A stretch of DNA of 48,865 bases from positions 1 to 48,865 of the forward strand of contig AQRL01000033.1 of assembly GCA_000402515.1 (NCBI GenBank), written 5' to 3'. This DNA comes from Nanoarchaeota archaeon SCGC AAA011-G17. GTDB lineage: Archaea > Nanobdellota > Nanobdellia > SCGC-AAA011-G17. A program made the translations under genes and the position numbers. Shown here in pieces: positions 36,163 to 45,554 of this stretch; position 1 is the first letter of the stretch, and each line of letters begins with the position of its first letter. The notes beneath the pieces were generated by a model. That model saw only the letters and a list, made by a program, of their open reading frames with translations. It did no database searches and had not been told where the DNA came from.

Positions 36163-36791
36163 TTTTGTTTAGGTGCGTTTACCTTCATTTGTTTTGGTGC
36201 TTTACTAGCTTTATCATCTGCAGATATAATCGGCTTATTCTGCTCTACTCCTTCTGATAATTTTTTTGTCAAATCTTTTTTTTCCTCTTCTTTATCTTCC
36301 TTTTTTTCCTCTTTCTTTTCTTTAGCTTTCTTTTCTGCTTCTTCTTTTGACTGTTTTCTTGTTTTTTCTTTTTCCTTTTCCTGCTGTTTTTTTTCTGTCA
36401 GCTTCTTTGTTATCTGTGTTATTTTATCTTCGACATTTTTAATGTTTAATACTTCTATATTCTGTGATTGCGCTTTTTTTAATATTTCAAATCTTTTTTT
36501 ATCTCCGACAGTTGAGGAAATTATAATCCCTTCCCCTTTTTTTATTTTTGATAAATCTTGAATATTATTTACTAATACCTTTCTAAGACCCGATGAATCC
36601 AAATGTCTTGTCTTTCTATGAGACCCGTATCCTATAGAGGCTCTTTTTTCATGCCCTGCTCTTCTTTCCCTTATTTTAGAGTGCAAGCCTTTTGGTCTTC
36701 TCCATTTTGCTCCAAGAGCCTTCTTTTTCGTATAATCCTGCCTTACAAATTTTGGTTTTTTCTTTTTCCATTTATTTGATATTTTTTCCAT
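36159..36791 (-). CDS. rpl32e: Ribosomal protein eL32 (L32e) with a long K/E-rich C-terminal extension
   Basis: FVRQDYTKKKALGAKWRRPKGLHSKIR...; the last ~90 aa are low-complexity K/E. Confidence 0.9.
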   Translation of the reverse strand: MEKISNKWKKKKPKFVRQDYTKKKALGAKWRRPKGLHSKIRERRAGHEKRASIGYGSHRKTRHLDSSGLRKVLVNNIQDLSKIKKGEGIIISSTVGDKKRFEILKKAQSQNIEVLNIKNVEDKITQITKKLTEKKQQEKEKEKTRKQSKEEAEKKAKEKKEEKKEDKEEEKKDLTKKLSEGVEQNKPIISADDKASKAPKQMKVNAPKQK

Positions 36792-37332
36792 CTTTGTTTA
36801 TTAACCAAACTCCATCCATAAAGACTCTTCTATCACGATTGCTGATTCTACAAGCAAGCTCTATATTACTTGCTGATTGTGAAACGATTTCCTTATCAAT
36901 ACCCTCTACAGTTATAATATCCCCCTGAACCAAAACTTTTGCTCCTGGCAGGATTCTTGCTTTCCTTGGCACCCTCTCTCCAAGAAAATTTTTTATCAAA
37001 ACTTTTTGACCTTCAACTAAAACACTCATAGGAAAGTGCCCTGCACATATTTTAAGCTTGTAAACAAATCCTTCTAAAACTCCTTTTATCATATTTTTTA
37101 TGTGGGCTGTAAATGTGCCAATCATTGTTTTTTCCCTTTTTGTTGTGTTTTCTGCTGAAAGGATTATTTTGTTATCTTTAACTGCCATTTTTATACCTGG
37201 ATAAATGAATTTTCTTTTTAATTCCCCTTTTGGCCCTTTTATAGTCAATGTTTTACCTTCTACTTTGGCTTCAATCTTTTCTTTTATTGCTATTTCCTTC
37301 TGCATTAATTTTTGTTTCATCTTAGTATACAT
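36772..37332 (-). CDS. rpl6: Ribosomal protein uL6
   Basis: GKTLTIKGPKGELKRKF...YKLKICAGHFPMSV...GIDKEIVSQSASNIE. Confidence 0.93.
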   Translation of the reverse strand: MYTKMKQKLMQKEIAIKEKIEAKVEGKTLTIKGPKGELKRKFIYPGIKMAVKDNKIILSAENTTKREKTMIGTFTAHIKNMIKGVLEGFVYKLKICAGHFPMSVLVEGQKVLIKNFLGERVPRKARILPGAKVLVQGDIITVEGIDKEIVSQSASNIELACRISNRDRRVFMDGVWLINKDGKNIK

Positions 37333-37714
37333 AAGCTAATAATTTTCCGCCTAGATTTTTTTCTTTGGCTTCATAATTTGTCATAATTCCTTGTGATGTT
37401 GAGACTATAAGTATTCCAAAGTTTTGCGCTGGCAAGTATCTTTTTTCATATTTTTCAAAATCATTTTTCTTTACAGAGAATCTTGGCTTTACTACCCCGC
37501 ATTTGTTTATACTTCCAATCAAATTTATCTTAAGAATTTCTCCCCTTGATGTATTTGTTATCTCATATGCACCAACATAATTATATTTATTCATAATCTC
37601 AAGTACTTTCTTTATTATTTTTGAAGAAATTGGGATAATACAGTCCCCTCTACCTAAATTTTCATATGCATCAATTTTTGATAGCGTATTTGATAATGTG
37701 TCGTTTAATGCCAT
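37322..37714 (-). CDS. rps8: Ribosomal protein uS8
   Basis: LNDTLSNTLSKIDAYENLG...VLEIMNKYNYVGAYE...GILIVSTSQGIMT. Confidence 0.93.
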   Translation of the reverse strand: MALNDTLSNTLSKIDAYENLGRGDCIIPISSKIIKKVLEIMNKYNYVGAYEITNTSRGEILKINLIGSINKCGVVKPRFSVKKNDFEKYEKRYLPAQNFGILIVSTSQGIMTNYEAKEKNLGGKLLAYVY

Positions 37715-37721
37715 TTTATCC

Positions 37722-37964
37722 TCATGAATATTTTTTGAATCCTAATTTCGTTGCAACGTCCCTAAAACACTGCCTGCACAAATGAAGATCATACTTTCCG
37801 ATATGTGCTCCGAATCTTCCGCATCTTTTGCATCTTTTTGTGCTTATACCAAATGTTCTATCTTTTGGCTTATTATGTTTGATATACTTAGCCATTTTTG
37901 CCGGTTTGAATTTAAGCTGCGTAAATTCCTTGTTGTAGTTGCTTGTTGTCATTTTAATCCTCAA
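37722..37964 (-). CDS. rps14: Ribosomal protein uS14, zinc-ribbon type
   Basis: [27 protein letters not shown]. The conserved core starts at the internal ATG at 37895 (57 aa), so the upstream 23 codons may not be translated. Confidence 0.88.
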   Translation of the reverse strand: MRIKMTTSNYNKEFTQLKFKPAKMAKYIKHNKPKDRTFGISTKRCKRCGRFGAHIGKYDLHLCRQCFRDVATKLGFKKYS

Positions 37965-38457
37965 TTGTTACACTGAATTTTTCTTTCATAAAATTCATTG
38001 CTTCTTCTTTTGTTATCTGGTGGCTTCTTCCAATCTTTCTTTTTTTAGTTAATCTTTTCGCTATACTATACCCTGCTCTTTGAAGTGTTAAAGAAACATC
38101 CAATCCAATAATCCCTATATCTACATCATACTGTACATTAGGGATATCAATATATTCTGATATACCAAAGGAAATTGTTCCATCTCCAAAATTTGATTTC
38201 TTTAATCTATTTTCCTTAGCAATCAGCAATCTTTTGACTAATTCTTCTGTATTTTTTCTTAAGGTCACCTTACAACCAATAGTCAGGCCAGGACGAATTC
38301 CCCAAGTAGGTATTCTTTTTTTTGTTGTTGTTGCTATTGACTTAGATTTTGAAATTGTATCTAATAATTTCATTGCTTTGGTCAATTTAGCACCAGCCTC
38401 CCCACTACCGATGTTTAGGGTAATCTTCTCTATCCTTATTTCTTTCATTAAATTCAT
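37954..38457 (-). CDS. rpl5: Ribosomal protein uL5
   Basis: [16 protein letters not shown]...[15 protein letters not shown]. Confidence 0.93.
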   Translation of the reverse strand: MNLMKEIRIEKITLNIGSGEAGAKLTKAMKLLDTISKSKSIATTTKKRIPTWGIRPGLTIGCKVTLRKNTEELVKRLLIAKENRLKKSNFGDGTISFGISEYIDIPNVQYDVDIGIIGLDVSLTLQRAGYSIAKRLTKKRKIGRSHQITKEEAMNFMKEKFSVTIED

Positions 38458-39131
38458 TTTTCACTGATTGTAATTAATGGCTTATCTTTACCAATAACAA
38501 AAATATGCTCTTTTAAAACTAAAAAAGAATCTTTCTTTGTTTTTACTAAATATTTATTTTCTGATTTTTTTAATTCCCCGGATGTTCCTATGTGTTTTCC
38601 ACCTATAACATAAACAATAGATGAATCATCAAAATTAAAATGAAATTTTATTTTTCCCTTTTCCATTACAATAGTATCACCTACAGAATATTCATCTTTA
38701 GGCACCAATAAATTTGTCCCATCATTGAAATTTAATTGTATTTTTTTGTTTTTTAGTATGGTTTTATCCTTAATCTTATACAACAATATTTCTGCTTCTT
38801 CTTTTTTTACTGGTTTTAAAACAAATTTACCTATTCTGTCATATAGTAATCTAAAATTTTCTCCTGTTGGAAGAGATAAAACATCAAAAACACCTAATGG
38901 AAACCTGATACCTTTTCTTGGTTTTTGGTTTACCAAGATTTTTCCGTCATTAAGTATTCTTTTTGTTTCTCTGGTTGTTTTTGTATATTTTAAGAGATCT
39001 TTGAATACTGTGTTTAATGATATGCTTGTTTTAGATGTATGCGGACCCGGATTCTGTTTAGTTATCCAAACATTCTGTTTCCTTTTAATCGGCCAAGTTT
39101 TCGGCGCAGCTATTCTTTTTAGATGTGTCAT
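38454..39131 (-). CDS. rps4e: Ribosomal protein eS4 (S4e)
   Basis: HLKRIAAPKTWPIKRKQNVWITKQNPGPH. Confidence 0.93.
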   Translation of the reverse strand: MTHLKRIAAPKTWPIKRKQNVWITKQNPGPHTSKTSISLNTVFKDLLKYTKTTRETKRILNDGKILVNQKPRKGIRFPLGVFDVLSLPTGENFRLLYDRIGKFVLKPVKKEEAEILLYKIKDKTILKNKKIQLNFNDGTNLLVPKDEYSVGDTIVMEKGKIKFHFNFDDSSIVYVIGGKHIGTSGELKKSENKYLVKTKKDSFLVLKEHIFVIGKDKPLITISEK

Positions 39132-39508
39132 TTTTTTGTAAATACCTTTTGTCTTTTTTTATCATCTAGATTGAGTTCAGTAATCATTAAATTTGATGGA
39201 TGAATTGAGTATGGTACTTTTGAACCGTCCTTTTTGACCAAATCCATTCCTTCAACATAAACTCTTGTTTTTTTTAGGAATACTTTTGCTACTTTTCCTG
39301 ACTTTTTCTTGAATTGTCCTCTTAATATTTTTACAGTATCTCCTTTTTTGACTGGAATGTTTCTCTTTTGGTATTTCTCTCTTAATTGATCTGATAATAG
39401 TACAGAGAGGAATCTATGTTTTATGTTCAAGGGAGCATTTCTCTGATATTTTCTCTGCTTCCTCGGCTGTTTACTTGATTTCCATGATTTTGTAAATTTT
39501 CTTTTCAT
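39128..39508 (-). CDS. rpl24: Ribosomal protein uL24
   Basis: KOW motif: VKKGDTVKILRGQFKKKSGKVAKV. Confidence 0.92.
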   Translation of the reverse strand: MKRKFTKSWKSSKQPRKQRKYQRNAPLNIKHRFLSVLLSDQLREKYQKRNIPVKKGDTVKILRGQFKKKSGKVAKVFLKKTRVYVEGMDLVKKDGSKVPYSIHPSNLMITELNLDDKKRQKVFTKK

Positions 39509-39509
39509 T

Positions 39510-39911
39510 TTAGACTATTATTGATGCCAATTTTCCTATGCCCGGCCAACGATCTGCTGCCTCTTTTGCAATTGGCCCCTTTAGGATTGTACCTTTAGGA
39601 TTTCCCTTATCATCTTTTAATACTACGACTGCATTATCCTCAAATTTAATCCTCATTCCATCGGGTCTTCTGTACTCTTTTCTTTGTCTTACAATAATTG
39701 CTAACACTCTTTGTTTTTTCATTCCAGGAATACCTTTTTTTACCGAGGCAAATACCAAATCTCCAATACCTGCAGAGGCAAGTCTTCCTTTTACTGTTTT
39801 GGCCCTCTTAACTGAGTAAATCTTGATAACTTTGGCACCCGAATTATCACAGGTTGCTACTCTTGATCCCATAGTCAGTCCTTTAGTTATTCTAGCTTTG
39901 AGTGCTTTCAT
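39510..39911 (-). CDS. rpl14: Ribosomal protein uL14
   Basis: VATCDNSGAKVIKIYSV...GDLVFASVKKG...RIKFEDNAVVVL. Confidence 0.93.
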   Translation of the reverse strand: MKALKARITKGLTMGSRVATCDNSGAKVIKIYSVKRAKTVKGRLASAGIGDLVFASVKKGIPGMKKQRVLAIIVRQRKEYRRPDGMRIKFEDNAVVVLKDDKGNPKGTILKGPIAKEAADRWPGIGKLASIIV

Positions 39912-40221
39912 TTTTTATTACACAAAATGCCTTTGTTTTGCTTAATTTTCTACATTCTTTGATTGTGATTTTGTCGCCTTCTTTTACTTTGATACAGTCG
40001 GGCAAATGCGCCTTTATCTTTGTCTTTCTTTTTTCAGATCTTTCATATTTTGGTAGAGGGAAAAGACGGAACCATTCTACTACTATTGTTCTGTGCATCT
40101 TTGCAGATGTAACTGTCCCTGAAAAGGTTCTTCCTCTAAGTTTTAATGAGCCGTGAAATGGGCAGTTAGGATCATTGCAACTAACTGAAACTTCCTTTGC
40201 TTGTTTTTTGTCTGTTTTCAT
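39892..40221 (-). CDS. rps17: Ribosomal protein uS17
   Basis: CNDPNCPFHGSLKLRGRTFSGTVTSAKMHRTIVVE. Confidence 0.92.
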   Translation of the reverse strand: MKTDKKQAKEVSVSCNDPNCPFHGSLKLRGRTFSGTVTSAKMHRTIVVEWFRLFPLPKYERSEKRKTKIKAHLPDCIKVKEGDKITIKECRKLSKTKAFCVIKNESTQS

Positions 40222-40466
40222 TTTTTTATCCTATCTTCTGGACGGGTTTGTAAAACTTTTCCGTCGATTTCATATATATTATTTTTTATTTTTATTTTGA
40301 ATGTTGATTGTGATTTCATCAGTTTTTTTTGATTGTCTAATATTATCATATTTTTTGTTTCGTCTATTACCTTTCCTTTAATCCCAATCAGTGACTTATT
40401 CTTTGATTTTGTTATCTCTATATCTTTACCTATTAGATTCATACTTACTATGTCTTTTGTTTGCAT
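40218..40466 (-). CDS. rnp1: RNase P protein component 1 (Rpp29/Pop4)
   Basis: LIGKDIEITKSKNKSLIGIKGKVIDETKNMIIL. Conserved position between rpl29/aIF1 and rps17. Confidence 0.85.
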   Translation of the reverse strand: MQTKDIVSMNLIGKDIEITKSKNKSLIGIKGKVIDETKNMIILDNQKKLMKSQSTFKIKIKNNIYEIDGKVLQTRPEDRIKK

Positions 40467-40469
40467 TGT

Positions 40470-40784
40470 CTAAATTGTCGTGACTTTTATTGACCCAGGT
40501 AAAAAACCCATCTTTATCAGCTCTCCCTTAATCTTAGCTGAATGCCTCCCCTGCAACTCAATCTTTCCGCCCTTTACTGTTCCTCCACATGCGAATTTAC
40601 TTTTCAGTTTTTTTGCAAGGTCTTTGATGTTTATTTCCTTCCCATCAATTCCTTCTATCACTGTTGAAATTTTTCCAAATCTCTTTTTTTCCTCTTTGAT
40701 GTAAATTTGTTGAGATTCTTTTGCTATGGTCTCACAGACACATAACTCTTTAGGCAACCCACACGTTGCACATATTTCACTCAT
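40470..40784 (-). CDS. Translation initiation factor aIF1 (SUI1)
   Basis: N-terminal CATCGLPKELCVC, then RFGKISTVIEGID...LAKKLKSKFACGGTVKGGKIELQG. Confidence 0.9.
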   Translation of the reverse strand: MSEICATCGLPKELCVCETIAKESQQIYIKEEKKRFGKISTVIEGIDGKEINIKDLAKKLKSKFACGGTVKGGKIELQGRHSAKIKGELIKMGFLPGSIKVTTI

Positions 40785-40788
40785 TTGT

Positions 40789-40995
40789 TTATTGACTACC
40801 TCCTTTTGGTTTATTTCTTAGGAATGTGTTTATCCTAGCAATTGTTCTTTTGATAATCCTAATTCTTGATGGATTTTCCATATTTGTTCCTGTTGATCTT
40901 TGAGCATTTAATTTAATTAACTCTTTTTTCAAATCTTCATATTTTGAAGTTAGTTCAGCTTCACTTGCTTTTGCTAGATCCTTTTGTTTTTTCAT
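40789..40995 (-). CDS. rpl29: Ribosomal protein uL29
   Basis: ELTSKYEDLKKELIKLNAQRSTG...RIRIIKRTIARINT. Confidence 0.9.
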   Translation of the reverse strand: MKKQKDLAKASEAELTSKYEDLKKELIKLNAQRSTGTNMENPSRIRIIKRTIARINTFLRNKPKGGSQ

Positions 40996-41728
40996 TTTCT
41001 ACCTTTTTCTTTCTGGTTTTTGGTTTAGTCTCTTTCTTTTCTTCAACCTGTTCTTCTTTCTCTTCTTTTACTTCCTCAACAGGTTCTTCTTTAATTTCAG
41101 GGGCTTTTTCAATAATTTTCTGTTCTTCTTTTTTTGGATGAATATCTATTTTATCAGGAAGGTCTACTGTTGGAGGCATTATTTTTACTTTTATTCCTAT
41201 AACTCCTGATTTTGTTATTGCAACTGCCAGCCCCTTAACAACCTTAGAAACTGCAATATCTCCTGATTTCTTCAAATAACCATTCATGAAACGCCATGTT
41301 TTTGCTCTTGAACTTGGTACTTTACCAGAAACTATAATTTCTGCTCCTAAAGCACCTGCATCCATTATTGATTGTAATGTTTTGTAAGCAACTGATTTGA
41401 AATGCTTTGGCCCAAATTTTTCTATGGCATATGCTATTTTTTCTGATATTGACTGGGCATCAAAATATGGATCCTCAATCTCCCCAATTTCTATCTGGGG
41501 GTTTTCCATGCTGAATCTTTTCTTTAAAACAGCAGTTAATCTATTTATGTTCTGACCTTTTCTTCCAACAACTAATCCCGGTCTTGATGTATAGATTGTT
41601 ACTTTATCTCCTAATGGTGTTCTTTGTATTTTTGTGTGACTATATCCTGTTTTTTCAAATTCCTTGGCTATAAATTCCTTTATCTGGAACTCTTTCATTT
41701 TTTGCGCCAAAATTTTTCTTTCTATCAT
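40961..41728 (-). CDS. rps3: Ribosomal protein uS3 with a K/E-rich C-terminal tail
   Basis: KH domain: RTPLGDKVTIYTSRPGLVVGRKGQNINRL... Confidence 0.93.
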   Translation of the reverse strand: MIERKILAQKMKEFQIKEFIAKEFEKTGYSHTKIQRTPLGDKVTIYTSRPGLVVGRKGQNINRLTAVLKKRFSMENPQIEIGEIEDPYFDAQSISEKIAYAIEKFGPKHFKSVAYKTLQSIMDAGALGAEIIVSGKVPSSRAKTWRFMNGYLKKSGDIAVSKVVKGLAVAITKSGVIGIKVKIMPPTVDLPDKIDIHPKKEEQKIIEKAPEIKEEPVEEVKEEKEEQVEEKKETKPKTRKKKVENEKTKGSSKSK

Positions 41729-42180
41729 TTTTGTGTTTTTGTTTCAGTTTTTTTTACTGATTCTTTTGGTTGTATTTTTTTTACTTCCCTGACTTTTATT
41801 TTCAAATGTGTTCTCTTTGCAGTTATTCCTCTGGTTCTTCCATAATGCCATGTTTTCGGACCTTTATTTGCAACTAAGTAAATTATCTTGTATGGCTGAA
41901 CCATTCCTTTTTGTTTTGCATTTGCTTCAACATCTTCTATAATTTCCAAAAAATATTTTGCTGTAGCAATAGGATATCTTCCTGCAGCGATATTCCCCTT
42001 CTTATGGCTGATATCATGATAATAGCGCTTAAATGGAACTGCTACTTTCTTTTCAAGAACCTTGAGCAATAGATTCTTTGCTTTATCTGTATTCTTCCCT
42101 CTAAGAAAAGAGGATATCTCTACTGAATTCTTCATAGAGATAGGTGCAGATTCCTTTGATGCTGTTGCTATATTTTCCAT
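41725..42180 (-). CDS. rpl22: Ribosomal protein uL22
   Basis: APISMKNSVEISSFLRGKNTDKAKNLLLKVLEKKVAVPFKRY. Confidence 0.92.
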   Translation of the reverse strand: MENIATASKESAPISMKNSVEISSFLRGKNTDKAKNLLLKVLEKKVAVPFKRYYHDISHKKGNIAAGRYPIATAKYFLEIIEDVEANAKQKGMVQPYKIIYLVANKGPKTWHYGRTRGITAKRTHLKIKVREVKKIQPKESVKKTETKTQK

Positions 42181-42181
42181 T

Positions 42182-42581
42182 TTACTTTACAGATATTGCT
42201 GAGCTTGATTTTGTAGCACCTATACCTGGTGCTGAGTGCTGAACTCTCTTCCTGGTCATTGTTAATTCCCCTAAACGATGCCCAATCATTTCTTCTGTTA
42301 TTATTGCTGGAACAAACTCCTTACCATTATGTATTGCTATTGTTGCTCCAATCATTTCAGGGATTATAATACAGTCTCTGCAATGTGTTTTTACCGGCTT
42401 TCTGATTCCTTTTTTTTAATGATTTTCTTATTTTTTCAAGTAATTTTTTTTGAATAGGTGTGAATCCCCTCATTAGGGACCTTCTTTCGTGTGATGGAGT
42501 CAATTGTGCAAAGTCTTTTATTGACATATTTTTTAATTCTTCAGTTATTTTTCCCTTGAATTTGAATTGTTTTATTACCAT
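42182..42581 (-). CDS. rps19: Ribosomal protein uS19, frame interrupted by one extra base in an A8 tract
   Basis: ORF 42357-42581 gives the N-terminal half (...[10 protein letters not shown]) and then runs out of frame. Reading T8 at 42410-42417 (+ strand) as 7 yields ...[77 protein letters not shown], with the stop at 42182-42184. Total length is 400 nt, i.e. 399 plus 1. Confidence 0.9.
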
Positions 42582-42582
42582 T

Positions 42583-43317
42583 TTACTTCTTCCTACCTGT
42601 CCTACTTGCCCTAATCATGCCTACATTTCTTCCTGGCGGAGCATTTGCTGGTGCAATAGATGATGCTTTACCCCCAAATGTCGGGCCACCACGCCCTGAA
42701 CCAAATGGATGGTCTGTTGCATTCATTGCTCCACCTGATGTGATTGGATATAATTTGTTTCTTGCTTTCATAGCATAATATCTTTTTCCAGCCTTCAAAA
42801 AAGGCTTGTTTTTTCTTCCTGAGCCGGCGATTATTCCTACTGTCGCCCTGCATTCTGGATGAAATTCTTTTTGTTTTTTTGATGGAAATTTTAATAATAT
42901 TTTATTTCTAACTCTTCCTACAATCATTGCAAATCCCCCAGAAGTTCTAATAAATTTTCCATTATCCCCTGGTGAGGATTCTATATTATAAACTTGAGTA
43001 CCTTCTGGAATACTTTTTAATGGCAAGGTATTACCGGGATATATTGGTGCATTGATCCCGGAAGCGATTTTTTGATTAACTCTTAACCCTTCTGGGGCGA
43101 TAATATAACCTCTTTCTCCTGTTTCATACTCAATTGCTGCCAAAGGAGCTGAATGACCAGGGCAATGCACTAACTCTTTTACTATACCATAAACAACGCC
43201 TTGTTTTTCTTTTTCATCATAAGGCCTATGCTGCGGCTTTCCTTTGTATTTATGACCCGGAGATCTGTATCTTGGACCTCCTCTTCCACGTGCCTGACTT
43301 ACAAGTCTTTTACCCAT
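42583..43317 (-). CDS. rpl2: Ribosomal protein uL2
   Basis: GKRLVSQARGRGGPRYRSPGH...GGAMNATDHPFGSGRG. Confidence 0.94.
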   Translation of the reverse strand: MGKRLVSQARGRGGPRYRSPGHKYKGKPQHRPYDEKEKQGVVYGIVKELVHCPGHSAPLAAIEYETGERGYIIAPEGLRVNQKIASGINAPIYPGNTLPLKSIPEGTQVYNIESSPGDNGKFIRTSGGFAMIVGRVRNKILLKFPSKKQKEFHPECRATVGIIAGSGRKNKPFLKAGKRYYAMKARNKLYPITSGGAMNATDHPFGSGRGGPTFGGKASSIAPANAPPGRNVGMIRASRTGRKK

Positions 43318-43318
43318 T

Positions 43319-43579
43319 TTACATCAATCCTAATTGTGTAGCAACATCAATTGCCGGTGTTTCTGGTGATAACTTAACATAAGCTCTTTTTTCACCTTTT
43401 GGTGTGTTTAAAGTATTTACTTTAACGATTTTTATTTTGAATAATTTTTCTAAAGCCCCCTTTATTTCTGCTTTCTTTGCTTTTTTATCAACTACAAATA
43501 TCAGCTTGTTTTCTGACTCCATTATTCTAACTGCTTTTTCTGTTGATACGGGATATTTGATTATTGAATATTCATTCAT
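43319..43579 (-). CDS. rpl23: Ribosomal protein uL23
   Basis: IIKYPVSTEKAVRIMESENKLIFVVDKKAKKAEIKGALEKLF. Confidence 0.92.
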   Translation of the reverse strand: MNEYSIIKYPVSTEKAVRIMESENKLIFVVDKKAKKAEIKGALEKLFKIKIVKVNTLNTPKGEKRAYVKLSPETPAIDVATQLGLM

Positions 43580-44379
43580 TTGAAGAGCTCCTCTGATTTC
43601 ATTCTTTCAATTGCATCTTTTGTCCAGATAACTAATCTTCCCGGTGTTGTTCCCGGTGCAAGCAACTCTGCATTTAATGAATTTACAGGGACTATCTGAA
43701 TTCCCTGCAGGTTTCTTGATGATTTTTCTAATAAGCATGATTTTGCTATTACAATTAATGGGCCTGTTTTAATCTTGTATTTTCTCCCTCTGCTTTTTCC
43801 CTTACCTGCCCTTACTTTCTTTACTGATATTCTTTTTAATTCTTCTTTTAGCCCTATTTTTTCCAATACTTCCTTTACTTGTTTTGTTTTAGTTAGTGAT
43901 TCAAATTTTGATTCTAAGATTAAAGGAAGAGTAATTGAAAATTTGTGATGCTGCTTTACTAATTCTGGATTTAAAGTAGCAGAAATTGCGGATCTTATTG
44001 CTTTTCTGTTTTCTTTTTTGTTAATTTTTCTTGTAAAATCTTTATCCAGCTGTGGCGGGTGTGCTTTTCTACCTCCAACTGCTCCTGGCATAAATGCTCC
44101 AACCCAACCAAATTGGGTTCCTCTCTTCCATAATGACTTTCTTGGAACTCTTGAAATCCCATGATTGTAAGCTCCTTTGTATTCCCCTCTTCTTCTTGAT
44201 AATTTTGCAGATGATCTCATTCCTGCTCTTGGGAAAGAACCATATGACTGGCGGTTATTTGACTGCAATATTATAACTGCCCTCTTTATCAGATTTTTAT
44301 TCAATGGCTCGGAAAACTGCTTAGGCAATTCTATTGTTTCAGTTTCTTTTCCGGTGATATCTAATATTTTTGCTTTCAT
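43576..44379 (-). CDS. rpl4: Ribosomal protein uL4
   Basis: GSFPRAGMRSSAKLSRRRGEYKGAYNHGISRVPRK...GGRKAHPP. Confidence 0.93.
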   Translation of the reverse strand: MKAKILDITGKETETIELPKQFSEPLNKNLIKRAVIILQSNNRQSYGSFPRAGMRSSAKLSRRRGEYKGAYNHGISRVPRKSLWKRGTQFGWVGAFMPGAVGGRKAHPPQLDKDFTRKINKKENRKAIRSAISATLNPELVKQHHKFSITLPLILESKFESLTKTKQVKEVLEKIGLKEELKRISVKKVRAGKGKSRGRKYKIKTGPLIVIAKSCLLEKSSRNLQGIQIVPVNSLNAELLAPGTTPGRLVIWTKDAIERMKSEELFK

Positions 44380-45323
44380 TTTAGTATAATATTTTTAATT
44401 TCTGGAATAATTTTCAGTGCTTTATTCGGTCTTATTGCTTCAATAAATCTTATTGCTCTTTTCTTTGGTCCAGGAATAGACCCCCTTATAAGAATGTAAT
44501 CATTTTTTACAAACCCGTATTTATGAAATCCCTGTTTTGGATTGATAGTTGAAGGATTAGAATCTATTTTTAATATCAGTTTATTAAAATCAAGGCGTGT
44601 GTGATAACCCATTTTACCTGGATGCGGGACTGCCCATATTGATCTTGAGTGCCATGGACCCAAAGAACCAACCCCTCTTTTTACTTTTTCTGATTTGTGC
44701 TGCCTTAATCTTGTACCAAATCTTTTTGTAGTCCCTTGAAATCCTTTTCCTGTTGATACTGCGTGAACGTCAACTAATTCCCCTTCTTTGAAAACATCTG
44801 ATAATTTTATTTCTTTTTCCAAAAATTGTTTTGCAATTGATAATTGCTCTTCTTTACTTCCTGATAAAGCAAGCTCAAATATTTCCGGCTTTTTCTTTCC
44901 AATAGCTGTAAGTTTTGGCTGGGTATAAACCTGCAACCTTAATTCATCAAATTCTGTTTCTTTTTTTTCTGATTGTTTTTTTGGCAGTTTTATTTTTCTT
45001 GCTAATTCTTTATTTAGATTTTTTACTGGTATTTCAGAAACAACTTTTAAACCATAAGAAGTATTTTTGTAAAAACGAAGAGAAAGAGGCTTTAATGGCG
45101 GACACTCAATAATCGTTACCGGTGTTGAAATATCCATGCCTTTTGTTACTTTTGTTGATGTATCTTTCATTATAACATGAGCCATACCAACTTTGTAACC
45201 TGCAAAGCCTAATAATTTAGCTCCAGCTAATTTGGACCATGCTTTTATTCTCGGTATTTCTCTTTTGGCTCTTTTTCTTGGCCAAAATTGTAAACTCCCA
45301 TGTCTTGGACTATGTCTTTTCAT
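44376..45323 (-). CDS. rpl3: Ribosomal protein uL3, first gene of the superoperon
   Basis: HSPRHGSLQFWPRKRAK...GYKVGMAHV...GKGFQGTTKRFG...GPWHSRSIW. Confidence 0.94.
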   Translation of the reverse strand: MKRHSPRHGSLQFWPRKRAKREIPRIKAWSKLAGAKLLGFAGYKVGMAHVIMKDTSTKVTKGMDISTPVTIIECPPLKPLSLRFYKNTSYGLKVVSEIPVKNLNKELARKIKLPKKQSEKKETEFDELRLQVYTQPKLTAIGKKKPEIFELALSGSKEEQLSIAKQFLEKEIKLSDVFKEGELVDVHAVSTGKGFQGTTKRFGTRLRQHKSEKVKRGVGSLGPWHSRSIWAVPHPGKMGYHTRLDFNKLILKIDSNPSTINPKQGFHKYGFVKNDYILIRGSIPGPKKRAIRFIEAIRPNKALKIIPEIKNIILK

Positions 45324-45335
45324 TCTGTTCCTATT

Positions 45336-45384
45336 ATCGCATCCTTTTCAGGGTGTGCGATTGTTTTTGTGACTTTCCCGTCAC
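45336..45384 (-). promoter_or_regulatory. Structured 5' leader of the rpl3 operon (two hairpins)
   Basis: ATCGCA...TGCGAT (45336-45361, with inner CCT/AGG) and GTGAC-TTTCCC-GTCAC (45369-45384) lie 13-60 nt upstream of the rpl3 ATG. The only clear TATA, TTATATAA, is ~190 nt upstream. Confidence 0.35.
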
Positions 45385-45554
45385 TGTACTCCTAGAATCA
45401 GGCGAAATAATTTTTTTGCTTTCAAAGCAACGCCTTATCTTTGGATAAGAGTGATTGTTTTGAGAAATTGAGTGTTTAAAAAGGTTTTGGATTATAAAAA
45501 TAAAAACAAATAATTTATATAATACTAAGAATTAGTAATCTATGAGGTGATTTC

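Noticed and set aside
37896-37964. 23-codon N-terminal extension of uS14
   Set aside because: The conserved uS14 core begins at the internal Met (37895), and the extension has no counterpart in typical archaeal S14. It is kept only as an alternative start, not as a distinct feature.
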